Below, one piece after another: positions 8,200 to 18,500 of a stretch of 48,459 nucleotides of DNA. Below the pieces are notes generated by a model, which saw only the letters and a program-made list of their open reading frames with translations, made no database searches and was not told where the DNA came from. The stretch's first letter is position 1, and each line of letters starts with the position of its first letter. The DNA is from Candidatus Eiseniibacteriota bacterium. Lineage in GTDB: Bacteria; Eisenbacteria; RBG-16-71-46; DASYSL01. Position numbers and translations under genes: made by a program. The stretch is taken from NCBI GenBank assembly GCA_031431875.1, contig JANPEF010000023.1, forward strand, positions 1 through 48,459. The letters are read 5' to 3'.

Positions 8200-11100
8200 A
8201 TGACCCCGTCGCGTCTCGCCGCCCTCACGTCTTCCCTGGTCGGGATTGCCGGCCTCCTGGTCGCCGGCCCGCTCGCCGCGGCCCCGGCCGCCCTGCCCGG
8301 ACTCACGGTCGTCTCCTCGGACGCCTCGGGCGTGACCCTGCGCTTCGAGCTCCCCGGCTACACGCTCCAGCCGATCGACCGGGCCGAGGGCCGCTTCTTC
8401 CGGGTCGACGCCCCGGGCCTGAGCGGCAGCACCGAGCGCGAGGGACGCCCGGCATTCCCGGCCGCCGGTGGCCTCCTCGGCGTGCCCGACGGGGCCGAGG
8501 CCGTCGTCCGGGTGCTCGCGGAGTCGCTCGTGCCCGTGGCGGGCACCGATGCCCGCGAGCCCGAACCCGTTGGGCGCGCCAGCTTCCGCCCCGACGGCAC
8601 GGGCTTCGCGCCGACCCGCGACTTCTATCGCGACGAGACGTTCTACGACGGCACCGCCCCCTGGCCGGCTCTGACCGCCGAACTGGGCGAGGTCGGCGGC
8701 TGGCGCTACCAGCGGGTCGTCCCCGTCCGCGTGCTGCCGTTCCGCTGGGATCCGGCCGCGCGCACCCTGCGCGCGGTGGCGACGGCGACCGTGCGCGTCG
8801 ACTTCGTGCCGCGGTCGCGGGTCGGCGTCGGCTCCGGGCCCCCGGGGCTCGGGCTCGATGCCGCCCGGGCGCCCGGCCGCATCGCCGGGCCGCGCACCGA
8901 TTCTGGCTTCGAGAGCGCCTACGAGCGCGGGCTCCTCAACTATGCCGCTGCGCGCGAGTTCAGGAGCGCACCGGCGCGGCCGGTGCGGGCCTCGACGCTC
9001 GGCGGCCCGCCCGCGCCGGCCGCCGAGTGGCGGGTGCGGGTCGACACGACCGGCGTCTGGCGCGTGACCTACGCGCAGCTCGCGGCGAAGGGGTTCCCGG
9101 TGGGCACGCCCTCGAGCGACCTGGCGCTGTCGCGGCGCGAGTGGGCCGGCGACGTCACGCCGCCGTTCATCCGCGTGAACGTGGCACTGCGCGTTCTCGA
9201 GGGCGCGACCGGCTCGCCGGGCACGTTCGACGGCGACGATGCGATCGTCTTCTACGGGCAGAGCTGGACCGACCGCGCGCGGCCGACCGAGTACCGCGCG
9301 CGCTACACCGATCACGAGACCTACTATCTCGGCGCGATGACCGGCGGTGGTCCGCGCATGGCCGAGGTCACGGCCGACCAGGGATTTGCCGCACCCGTGC
9401 GGCCGGGCTCGTTTCCGTCGTGGCGGCGCTACCAGGAGCGCTACTTCTTCAACTACTACCCACGCGACACCTGCAGCACGTTCCTCACCTGGACCGATCC
9501 GTACACCGACCAGACGTGGACCGACTCGTTGACCGTGTTCACGCCCGATCCGGATCCTGCGGGCAACGTCCGCATGCGGACGGCGTTCCAGGGGATCGCC
9601 CTGTCGCCTTCGTCGCACACGATCTGGATGCGCTGGAAGCGACCGTCGGACGGGTTGCTGACGTCGGTCTACACCAAGACTCTGTTCAGCAAGGACGGGC
9701 TCACCGCCGACACGGTCTTCACCGCCAATCGCATCGCCGACGGCACGAATCGCCTCGACTGGCGCGGCTACAGCTTCTCCAGCGGCGATCCGGACGGCGG
9801 GCCCTCCGGGGCCTCCCTGTCGTACTACGAGGTGACCTACGACCGGCTGTTCCGCGCCCGCGGCAACCTGCTCGAGTGCAACAGCGGTCCGGCCGAAGGC
9901 AACGTCGAGATCGAGGTCGACGGTTTCACCGGGGCGACCCCGCCGGCGGTGCAGGTCTACGACGTCACCGACTCCACCGCGCCGCGGGCCCTGCTCGTGC
10001 CCGCGGGATTCGTGCGCTCGACCGGCCCCGGCGTGTGGGCGGCCCGCTTTCAGGATCCCGTCGCCGCGGCGACGCGCCGACGCTACGTGGCCGCGCTCGA
10101 CGCGCCGCGCGTCGCCGATGCCGCGGTGAGTGCGGCGGCCAACGAGAACGGCGTCGCCCTGTGGGATCCGCCCGGAACGCCCGACTACCTGCTGGTCACC
10201 CCCGACGAGTTCCTGGTCCAGGCCCGGCGGCTCGCCCAGCATCGCCGCAGCCAGGGCTTCGACGTGCTCGTCGCACCGCTGTCCGAGGTCGCCGACACCT
10301 ACGACGGCGGCCGGCGCACGGATTGGGCGGTGCGGCGGTTCTTCGAGGACGCGTTCGTCCGCTGGGGCTCGCGCTTCGGCCTGCTCCTCGGGGATGGCAG
10401 CGAGGATCCGCAGAACTTCACGGCGACATCGGAACGCGACTGGTTGCCGGCGCACCTGATCGGTGGGCCGGTGGGAACGGGATCGGGACAGGAACTCTCG
10501 CCGTCGGATGCGTGGTACGTGGACGATCTCGACCGGACGGGCGTCCAGCAGCCGCCCTGCGTGAACCTGGCGCCCGACCTGTACTCGGACATGGCGCTGG
10601 GACGACTGCCGGCCGGGAACACGGCGCAGGCCGACGCCATGGTCAATCGGCTCATCGCCTACGACACGCAGGATCGCGAGGGCGATTGGCGGCGGCGCAT
10701 GCTCATGGTGCCGGATGATCCGTACTCGTACGGGAGCTTCTTCGGCGAGGCCGGCTTCAACTACTGCTACAAGTTCGAGGAACAGGTCTTCAAGAACATC
10801 ACCGACGAGCTGAAGGACGTGATGGTCGAGGAGGCCGGCTACCAGGATCTCGACCTGCGGGACTTCAGCCTGGAGACCGAGATGCTGCCGACCAATCGCC
10901 CCATCCCCGGCGATCCCACGCTGTGCATGCAGGTCAACTCGCCCCAGTTCACGACCGTGCGTCAGTACGCGTCGTCGACGATGGCTCCGCGCTTTCGCAC
11001 GGCCCTCAACGGGGGCGCGCTGGTGGTCAACTTCCAGGGCCACGGCAGCGGCGCGGTGCTCGCCCACGAGACGCTGTTCCAGTCGCTCGGTTCGGCCCAG

Positions 11101-12468
11101 GACATCGACTTCGTGTTCAACGAGGGGAAGCCGTTCTTCTTCCTGTCGTTCTCCTGCCACGTGAACCAGTTCTCGCGGGTCACCGAGAAGATCGTCGGCG
11201 ACGGCCTGGGCGAGAACATGATCCTGGGGCCCCAGAACCCGCCCCGCCCGGCGGCCGGGGCCATCGGGTCGTACGCGTCGACCAACTTCGAGCTCCTGCC
11301 CAGCGACGGCACCGGCCGCAACCACTTGAACGTCTGGCTGTTCCGTTCGCTGTTCGTCGATCCGCCGGCCGATGCCCTCAACGGGGAGCGCGGCGCGCGG
11401 GTCCTGCTCGGCGAGGCGCTGGCGCTGGGCGAGGCCCGCGCGCTCAGCTCGGTGTTCGGCCTCGAGCGCCGCGCGGTCCAGACCTACCTGCTGCTCGGCG
11501 ACCCGGCGACGCTGCTCGATCCGGGCGCGCCGCGACTGTATGCGACGGCGAACGACCAGCCCGTCACCACGGGCGTGCGCTACCAGCCGGGTGCGGCCGG
11601 GGACTCGGTCGTGTTCGTCGTCGACCTGGTCGACGACAGTCGTCTCGATGACATCACGCTCAGCATCACCGGCGAAGGGGCGCGCCCGGTCGACCCGTCC
11701 GAGTACTCGTTCTCGCCCACCTACCCCGATACCGCGAATGGTGGCGGGGGACGGCGCTACCTGCTCAACTGGACGCTCGCGCCCGAGGCGAAGGATGCCA
11801 ACCTCGTCGTCTCGACCCGCGATCGCGGCGGGCTGGCCTCCTCGTTCACCCTGCCGCTGGCGCTCGAGGCGCGCCTGTTCGCCGGCGGGGGCCCGATCGC
11901 CGACGGCGACATCGCCCCGGCGGCCGGCACCTACCAGTTCGTGATCTCGAGCCCGGCCCAGCTGCTCGCCGCCGACATCACGCTGAGCGTCGACGGGCTG
12001 GCCGTCCCCGAGGCCGTCATCGTGCCGGCGTCCACGGACTCGTCGCGTCGCCTGTGGACGGTCACCTGGGACGGGGCGTACCCGACGGGGAACCACCAGG
12101 CTGCGCTGACATTTCCCGGCGGGGCGATGCGTGGGGTGGCCTTCTCGACCTCGAGCGAACCTCGCGTTGCCTTGAAGCAGGTCTTCGTGTACCCGAGCCC
12201 GTACGTCCAGGCGCCGGTGACGTTCAACTTCACGCTCGACAGCGACGGCCCAGCCGACGTGCTGGTCAAGGTCTACTCGGTGCGCGGCTCGCTCGTGTAC
12301 CAGCGGGTCGAGCGCAGCCTGAACCCGGGGTACCACCAGCTGGTGTGGGACGGGCTGGATACGGGGGGGGACGAGCTGGCGAATGGGGCGTACACCTACC
12401 AGGTGATCGCCACGGATGACCGGGGACTGACGTCGGTCGAGCGCGGCCGGCTCGCTCGCGTCCGGTAG
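8200..12468 (+). CDS. C25 (gingipain/PorU-like) cysteine peptidase with propeptide and C-terminal FlgD-Ig/T9SS-like domain
   Basis: Signal peptide; C25-propeptide-like N-terminus; VDTTGVWRVTYAQL, DYLLVTPDEF, DMALGRLPA, catalytic FQGHG and FSCH, YLLLGDPA; C-terminal YPSPY...VWDGLDTGGDELANGAYTY. Confidence 0.85.
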   Translation: MTPSRLAALTSSLVGIAGLLVAGPLAAAPAALPGLTVVSSDASGVTLRFELPGYTLQPIDRAEGRFFRVDAPGLSGSTEREGRPAFPAAGGLLGVPDGAEAVVRVLAESLVPVAGTDAREPEPVGRASFRPDGTGFAPTRDFYRDETFYDGTAPWPALTAELGEVGGWRYQRVVPVRVLPFRWDPAARTLRAVATATVRVDFVPRSRVGVGSGPPGLGLDAARAPGRIAGPRTDSGFESAYERGLLNYAAAREFRSAPARPVRASTLGGPPAPAAEWRVRVDTTGVWRVTYAQLAAKGFPVGTPSSDLALSRREWAGDVTPPFIRVNVALRVLEGATGSPGTFDGDDAIVFYGQSWTDRARPTEYRARYTDHETYYLGAMTGGGPRMAEVTADQGFAAPVRPGSFPSWRRYQERYFFNYYPRDTCSTFLTWTDPYTDQTWTDSLTVFTPDPDPAGNVRMRTAFQGIALSPSSHTIWMRWKRPSDGLLTSVYTKTLFSKDGLTADTVFTANRIADGTNRLDWRGYSFSSGDPDGGPSGASLSYYEVTYDRLFRARGNLLECNSGPAEGNVEIEVDGFTGATPPAVQVYDVTDSTAPRALLVPAGFVRSTGPGVWAARFQDPVAAATRRRYVAALDAPRVADAAVSAAANENGVALWDPPGTPDYLLVTPDEFLVQARRLAQHRRSQGFDVLVAPLSEVADTYDGGRRTDWAVRRFFEDAFVRWGSRFGLLLGDGSEDPQNFTATSERDWLPAHLIGGPVGTGSGQELSPSDAWYVDDLDRTGVQQPPCVNLAPDLYSDMALGRLPAGNTAQADAMVNRLIAYDTQDREGDWRRRMLMVPDDPYSYGSFFGEAGFNYCYKFEEQVFKNITDELKDVMVEEAGYQDLDLRDFSLETEMLPTNRPIPGDPTLCMQVNSPQFTTVRQYASSTMAPRFRTALNGGALVVNFQGHGSGAVLAHETLFQSLGSAQDIDFVFNEGKPFFFLSFSCHVNQFSRVTEKIVGDGLGENMILGPQNPPRPAAGAIGSYASTNFELLPSDGTGRNHLNVWLFRSLFVDPPADALNGERGARVLLGEALALGEARALSSVFGLERRAVQTYLLLGDPATLLDPGAPRLYATANDQPVTTGVRYQPGAAGDSVVFVVDLVDDSRLDDITLSITGEGARPVDPSEYSFSPTYPDTANGGGGRRYLLNWTLAPEAKDANLVVSTRDRGGLASSFTLPLALEARLFAGGGPIADGDIAPAAGTYQFVISSPAQLLAADITLSVDGLAVPEAVIVPASTDSSRRLWTVTWDGAYPTGNHQAALTFPGGAMRGVAFSTSSEPRVALKQVFVYPSPYVQAPVTFNFTLDSDGPADVLVKVYSVRGSLVYQRVERSLNPGYHQLVWDGLDTGGDELANGAYTYQVIATDDRGLTSVERGRLARVR

Positions 12469-12719
12469 GTCATGCTCCGAAGATTGCAGCTCGGGTCTGT
12501 GGCTTGGGATTCCCGCTGAAATCGTTGCCAAATCGTGCTTTGGGATGAATCAGGGGGCGGGCGAGAGCCCCCCCCTTGTTCTTTGGGGTCCCGGGGCAGC
12601 AAGATCCACTCGCGAAAAGCTCGGCGTCGACCCCGGCCGGGCCCACCCAGGCGTCCTGCTCCAGCCAAGGAGGAACGGAAGTGATTATTTTACAACGAGT
12701 TCGGACCTGCCTGCGGGAG

Positions 12720-14840
12720 ATGCATTCTTCGGGGCACAAGGTACTGGCCGGCCTCCTCCTCCTCGCCTCCCCCGCACTCGCCGACCCCCTCACCACCTGG
12801 AATCCCCCGGGCCTCCCCGCCCCGCTCCTTCCCGCCGAATCCGCCCCCTGGCCGCCCGCCGAGCCTGCCGCGCGCGAGGCGTGGGCCGAGATCGCCATGC
12901 TCGAGGACACCCGCTCGCCGGACGTGAGCCGACTCGCGGGACTCCTCCAGTCGAGCCCGGATCCGCTGGTGCGCTGGCGGGTGTGTCGGGCGTACGCGCG
13001 GCTCCAGGACTCGACGGTGGTGGGCGGCCTGCTCGATGCGCTTGGCCACGATCCCGACGCGCGGGTGCGCAGGGAGGCGGCATTCGCCCTGGGCCAGATC
13101 GGGCCACCGGCGCGCGGCGCGGCGCTCGCCCTGGGGCAGGCGACGCGCGGGGACGCGGACCTGTCGACCCGGGCGCGCGCCATCGAGGCCCTGGGAAAGA
13201 TCGGCGAGCGGGACGCCCTGGGCGCGGTGGCCGGACATCTCACCAGCCCCGAGCCGGAGTTGTCGCGCGAGGCGGCGATCGCCTGCTGGCGGCTCAACGA
13301 TTCGACGGCGGTGATCGCGCTGGCCGAGGCGGCAGGGGGGGCGGACCCCTGGACGCGGGCGTTCGTCGCCTTCGCGCTCGAGCGCGCGCCGATGCCGCAG
13401 TACGGGCTCAAGCCGCTGATCAAGTTGGCGGACGATCCGAACATCGTCGTGCGGGCGTACGCTGCGCGGGCGCTCGGCCGGCAGCGGACCCGCGATGCCC
13501 TGGGCCCGCTGGTGAAGCTGTGCGGCGACGCGGCGGTGCCGGTGCGGATCTCGGCGGTGCGTGCCCTGGGGGCGCTGGCCGACTCGGCGGCGTTGCCGCA
13601 GGCGCTGGCCGCGCTCAGGGACGCCGATCCGCACGTGCGCGAGACGGCGGCGGCGACGCTTCAGGCACTGCGCTCGCGCGACGCGCTGGCGGGGCTGCGG
13701 AAGGCGCTGGGCGACGTCGACGGCGGCGTGCGCCTGGCCGCAGCCCGCGCCATCGCGGGGCTCGCACCCCAGACGGCGTGGGCGGACCTGGGGCCGCTCA
13801 CCGCGGATCGCGAGCGCTGGGTGCGGGCGGGGGTGTCCGCAGCGCTGGGGCGGGTCGAGGGCGAGCCGGCGCGGCAGACCGTGCGCAAGGTGGCGGCCGG
13901 GCTCCGGCCGATCGGCGGGACCGCGACGCCCGAGGAGCGAGCGGGCGCGTTCTCGGCTCTGGCGGCCGACCCGGCGGCGGCGCGGGCGGCGCGGGCCGAG
14001 ATCGTCTCGGGCCTCACCGATGCGGCGTGGCTGACCGCGGCGGCGGCGTGCGAGCCCGCCGGGGTGAGCCGCGACTCGACGCTGGTGCCGGCCCTGACCA
14101 CCCTGCTGACGCACAACCCGGCGCCCGACGAGGTCGACGTGCCGCTGGCCGCGCTCGGCGGGCTGGCGGCGATCGGGCCGGCCGCGGCGCACGGGCCGGG
14201 CGTGCCGGAGCTGACGGCCGCGCTCGACTCGCTGCTGAGCGATGCGGACCCGCGGATCCGCGCGGGAGCGGGCGAGGCCTACGCGGCGATCTTCGGTGAT
14301 TCGGCGGCGATGGGGGCGCAGCGGGCGCATCCGGCGCCGGCGTGGAAGCCGGCGGCACTCTCGACCTACCGCGACAGACTGGCGGCCAGTGACTCGACCG
14401 GCGCGGTCGGCCGGATCAGCGGGGCCACGCTGGTAACCGCGCGCGGCACGATCGAATGGGCCTTCGACCCGCGCGAGGCGCCGGAGACGGTCAGGAATTT
14501 CGCTGCGTTGGCCGAACGGGGCTACTTCGACGGGCTGCTGTTCCACCGCGTCGTGCCCTACTTCGTGGCCCAGGACGGCGATCCCTCGGGCACCGGATCG
14601 GGTGGCCCGGGCTACGCGATCCGCTGCGAGTCCAACCGCCTGCGCTACGACACGGGCGCGGTGGGCATGGCGCTGTCCGGGAAGGACACCGGCGGATCGC
14701 AGTGGTTCGTCACCCACGGGCCGCAGCCGCATCTCGACGGGCGCTACACGATCTTCGCCCACGTGGTGCGCGGGCAGGACGTGGTGGATCGCCTGCGGCG
14801 CGGCGACCGGATCGAAAAGGTGACGATTTACCGCCGCTGA
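12720..14840 (+). CDS. HEAT-repeat protein fused to a C-terminal cyclophilin-type PPIase
   Basis: Many DPDxxVRxxAAxALG HEAT repeats; cyclophilin motifs APETVRNF, FHRVVPYFVAQDGDP, GMALSGKDTGGSQWF, HLDGRYTIF. Confidence 0.88.
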   Translation: MHSSGHKVLAGLLLLASPALADPLTTWNPPGLPAPLLPAESAPWPPAEPAAREAWAEIAMLEDTRSPDVSRLAGLLQSSPDPLVRWRVCRAYARLQDSTVVGGLLDALGHDPDARVRREAAFALGQIGPPARGAALALGQATRGDADLSTRARAIEALGKIGERDALGAVAGHLTSPEPELSREAAIACWRLNDSTAVIALAEAAGGADPWTRAFVAFALERAPMPQYGLKPLIKLADDPNIVVRAYAARALGRQRTRDALGPLVKLCGDAAVPVRISAVRALGALADSAALPQALAALRDADPHVRETAAATLQALRSRDALAGLRKALGDVDGGVRLAAARAIAGLAPQTAWADLGPLTADRERWVRAGVSAALGRVEGEPARQTVRKVAAGLRPIGGTATPEERAGAFSALAADPAAARAARAEIVSGLTDAAWLTAAAACEPAGVSRDSTLVPALTTLLTHNPAPDEVDVPLAALGGLAAIGPAAAHGPGVPELTAALDSLLSDADPRIRAGAGEAYAAIFGDSAAMGAQRAHPAPAWKPAALSTYRDRLAASDSTGAVGRISGATLVTARGTIEWAFDPREAPETVRNFAALAERGYFDGLLFHRVVPYFVAQDGDPSGTGSGGPGYAIRCESNRLRYDTGAVGMALSGKDTGGSQWFVTHGPQPHLDGRYTIFAHVVRGQDVVDRLRRGDRIEKVTIYRR

Positions 14841-15038
14841 CGCGGGTGGCGCTGCCTGTGGGCCCGCGCGGCCGCGCTGTGCGCGCTCGCCAGCCGAGGG
14901 CGGCGAGTCAAGCCTCAACATACGTTTTCACAGCAGCTTTCCAGCATCGCCCACGGTGGTCCACGTCCCGTGCCACGCGTGTTCGGCGCATGCTTTCGGC
15001 GACTCGCGCGAAAAGTTCTCTTCGCCGGGCGAAACTCT

Positions 15039-15068
15039 TTGACACCGCGCGGGGCGCGGCGGTAATCG
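15039..15068 (+). promoter_or_regulatory. Candidate sigma70 promoter upstream of nrdJ
   Basis: Perfect TTGACA at 15039, followed 16-18 nt later by GGTAATCG. Confidence 0.5.
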
Positions 15069-15547
15069 TCTTCCCTCAGCTCGGCGTCGCACACGGTCCC
15101 AACGAGCGTCTGCGCCTTTCCGAACCGACGTCGCCGGTCTGGAGGTTCCTTTCGGAGGGAAAGAGAAGAGCAGACCCTTGGCTCTCCTCCTTCCTTCCTC
15201 GTCAGCACGGACCTCAGGACGGACCGAACACCTGTTCGATCCGGCCCCCGCGAACACGACGGCTTTCACCCATCGGACAGGCCCATGGTCGGCCGCGACT
15301 GGGTGCGGGCAGAGACCCTTAGAACAGCAGTGCAACCCCGGGGTCGGGATGGCCCTCCGCATCGGCTCGTGCACCGTCCGGGCCCATGGCGGATTGGAAT
15401 CGCTTTCTCTTTCGTGAACTTCTGCGGAGGAGCGATCCGGGTCCCGGGGCGGTCACGTCTTGCGGGGGGAGGCGTCGGGTTTTCCCGTACCGTCCCCGAG
15501 GTCCCAACTCACTTGCCGAGCCCGCGGGCTCGTGCGGGGAGGCCGTT

Positions 15548-18500
15548 GTGAAGATCCGTCGTCGTTTCACCCAGGAGGGTTCCGGTCCCTACGCCGGAAT
15601 GGCCTTCGATCAGCGTGTTTCCGAGATCAAGAATCCGGACGGTTCGATCGTCTTTCGCCTCGAGAACGTCGAAGTGCCTGCCGAGTGGTCGCAGGTCGCC
15701 ACCGACATCCTCGCCCAGAAGTACTTCCGCAAGGCCGGCGTGAACCCGCCGGGAGCCGTCGACGCCGACGGCCGTGCCCTCCCCGCCGGGGAGACCAGCG
15801 CGCGCCAGGTGTTCCACCGCCTCGCCGGTTGCTGGGCCCACTGGGGCCGCCAGCACGGCTACTTCGACACCGACGCCGATGCCCAGGCCTACTACGACGA
15901 GATGAGCTGGATGCTCGCCACCCAGGTGGCCGCGCCCAACTCGCCGCAGTGGTTCAACACCGGGCTGCACTACGCCTACGGGATCTCCGGGCCCGCCCAG
16001 GGCCACTACTACGTCGATCCGCAGACCGCGCAGCTGACCACGGCGTCGAGCGCCTACGAGCGCCCGCAGCCGTCGGCGTGCTTCATCCAGTCGGTCTCGG
16101 ACGACCTCGTCAACCCGGGCGGCATCATGGACCTGTGGGTGCGCGAGGCGCGGCTCTTCAAGTACGGCTCGGGCACGGGCAGCGACTTCTCGCACCTGCG
16201 CGGCGAGAACGAGCCGCTGTCGGGCGGCGGGCGCTCGTCGGGCCTCATGTCGTTCCTGCGTATCGGCGATCGCGCCGCGGGCGCGATCAAGTCGGGCGGC
16301 ACCACGCGCCGCGCGGCGAAGATGGTCGTGCTCAAGGCCGATCACCCGGACATCGAGACGTTCGTCGACTGGAAGGTGATCGAGGAGCAGAAGGTCGCTG
16401 CCCTCGTCGCCGGTTCGCGCGCCTGCCAGCGCCGCCTGCAGGCCATCGTCGACGCCACGCAGGTGAAGACCTCGGCCGGCCCCGCCGGCGCGCCGGGCTT
16501 CGCGCTCGATGACGCCGACGTCGAGGTCGTGATCGATCCGGCGAAGAACGTCGGGCTCAAGAACGCGGTGCGTGCGGCGCGCGCGGCGTACGTGCCCGAG
16601 GCGTACATCCAGCGCGTGCTGCAGCTGGCCGCCCAGGGCGTCACCGAGGTCGACTTCCGCGAGTACGACACCGACTGGGACGGCGCCGCCTACGGCACCG
16701 TGTCGGGCCAGAACTCGAACAACTCGGTGCGCATCCCCAACGACTTCTTCGACGCGCTCGACGCCGACGGCGACTGGAAGCTGATCCGCCGCACCGACGG
16801 CAAGGTGGCGCGCACCGTGCCCGCGCGCAAGCTCTGGGACAAGATCTCGTACGCCGCGTGGGCCTGCGCCGATCCGGGTCTGCAGTACGACACGACGATC
16901 AACGAGTGGCACACCTGCCCGAAGGATGGGCGGATCAATGCCAGTAATCCGTGCGTCACCGGCGACACGCTGGTCGCCACCGGCGAGGGCTGGCAGCGGA
17001 TCGACACGTTGGTTGGCCGCGCCACCGAGGTGATCGGCGCCGACGGCCAGTCGCATCCGACCGCCGGGTCGTTCATCACCGGATTCAAGCCGGTGTTCCG
17101 CCTGCGCACGCGCGCGGGCTACACGCTCAAGCTCACCGCCGATCACAAGGTGTGGACGAAGAATCGCGGCGACGTGCCGACGTCGGAGCTCACGGCCGAC
17201 GACGTGCTCGCGCTGGGGCGGCCGGGGTTCGGGACGCGCCCGCTCGATGTGCGCCTCGCCGAGTATCTCGGGCTCGCCGTCGGCGACGGGTGCCTGATGG
17301 GCGAGGGAGAGCAAGCGATGGTCACGCTCGGCCCGGACGAGGAGCTCGTGGCTGCGCGCGTGCACGCCGGGCTCTCCGCGTATCGCGCCGAGCACGGCGC
17401 GGATGGCCGCGCTCGGCGGACCACCACGGTGAACCAGCCCCAGGCCACGCTCCGGATCGGCACCGGCTCGCGCTGCGTCGTCGACGAGTTGAAGCGCTAC
17501 GCATTCCTCGCTGAGGGAAGCCTCGCCAAGCGGTTCACCGACGAGATCCACGCCCTCGACCGCGCCTCGCTGGCGGCGGTCCTGCGCGGACTCTTCACCG
17601 CCGACGGGACGGTCGCGCACTACGGCGGGAAGTCGCAGTACGTGTCGCTCGACAGTGCCTCGGAGATCCTGCTCGAACAGGTGCAGCTCCTGCTGCTCTC
17701 ATTCGGGATCAAGTCGAAGCTGTATCGCAATCGCCGGGAGGCGGGCACCTCGATGCTCCCCGACGGCAAGGGTGGCGAGCGCCTCTATCCGGTCGCCGCG
17801 ATGCACAGCCTGCGTATCAGCCGCTCGTCGCGCCTGCAGTTCGAGCAGGCGATCGGCTTCCTCGACGGCAGCCCGAAGGTCGCGAAGCTGGCCACACTCA
17901 ACGACGAGGTCGGCGTCTATGCCGACTCCCTCGACGACACCTTCGCCTCGCTCGAGCCGCTCGGCGAGGAAGTCGTGTTCGACCTGACCGAGCCGGCGAC
18001 GCACCACTTCGTCGCCGCGGGCCTGGTGGTCCACAACTGTTCGGAGTACCTCTTCCTCGACGACACCGCCTGCAACCTCGCGTCGATCAACCTGGTCAAG
18101 TTCCAGCGCGAGGACGGGACGCTCGACCTCGAGGGGTATCGCCACGCCATCCGGCTGTGGACGATCACGCTCGAGATCTCGGTGCTCATGGCGTCATTCC
18201 CGTCCGAGCCGATCGCGCGCAAGTCCTACGAGTTCCGCACGCTCGGCCTCGGCTACGCGAACCTCGGCACGCTGCTCATGCGCCAGGGCCTCGCCTACGA
18301 CTCCCCGCAGGCGCTGGCCATCGCGGGTGCGCTGACCGCGATCCTCACCGGCGAGGCGTACGCGGTCTCGGCCGAGATGGCCTCCGAGCTCGGGGCATTC
18401 TCGGGCTACGGGCGCAACAAGGGCGACATGCTGCGCGTCATCCGCAACCACCGCCGCGCCACGTACGCCACGCCGGCGACCGAATACGAGGGACTGTCGG

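Noticed and set aside
8140..12531. Very long antisense and alternate-frame ORFs (e.g. 8140..12531 -, 3297..6077 +, 18194..21052 -, 12690..14921 -)
   Set aside because: Shadows of real high-GC genes: Arg/Ala/Gly-rich, with no recognisable motifs.
14915..15374. Minus-strand ORFs of 97 and 148 aa in the nrdJ upstream region
   Set aside because: No coding bias or motifs; they overlap the candidate nrdJ promoter.
15069..15547. Cobalamin riboswitch or NrdR box upstream of nrdJ
   Set aside because: Conserved B12-box elements (GCCACTG...GGGAAG, AGYCAG) and the NrdR palindrome were not found in proper order; kept only as an unassigned structured leader.
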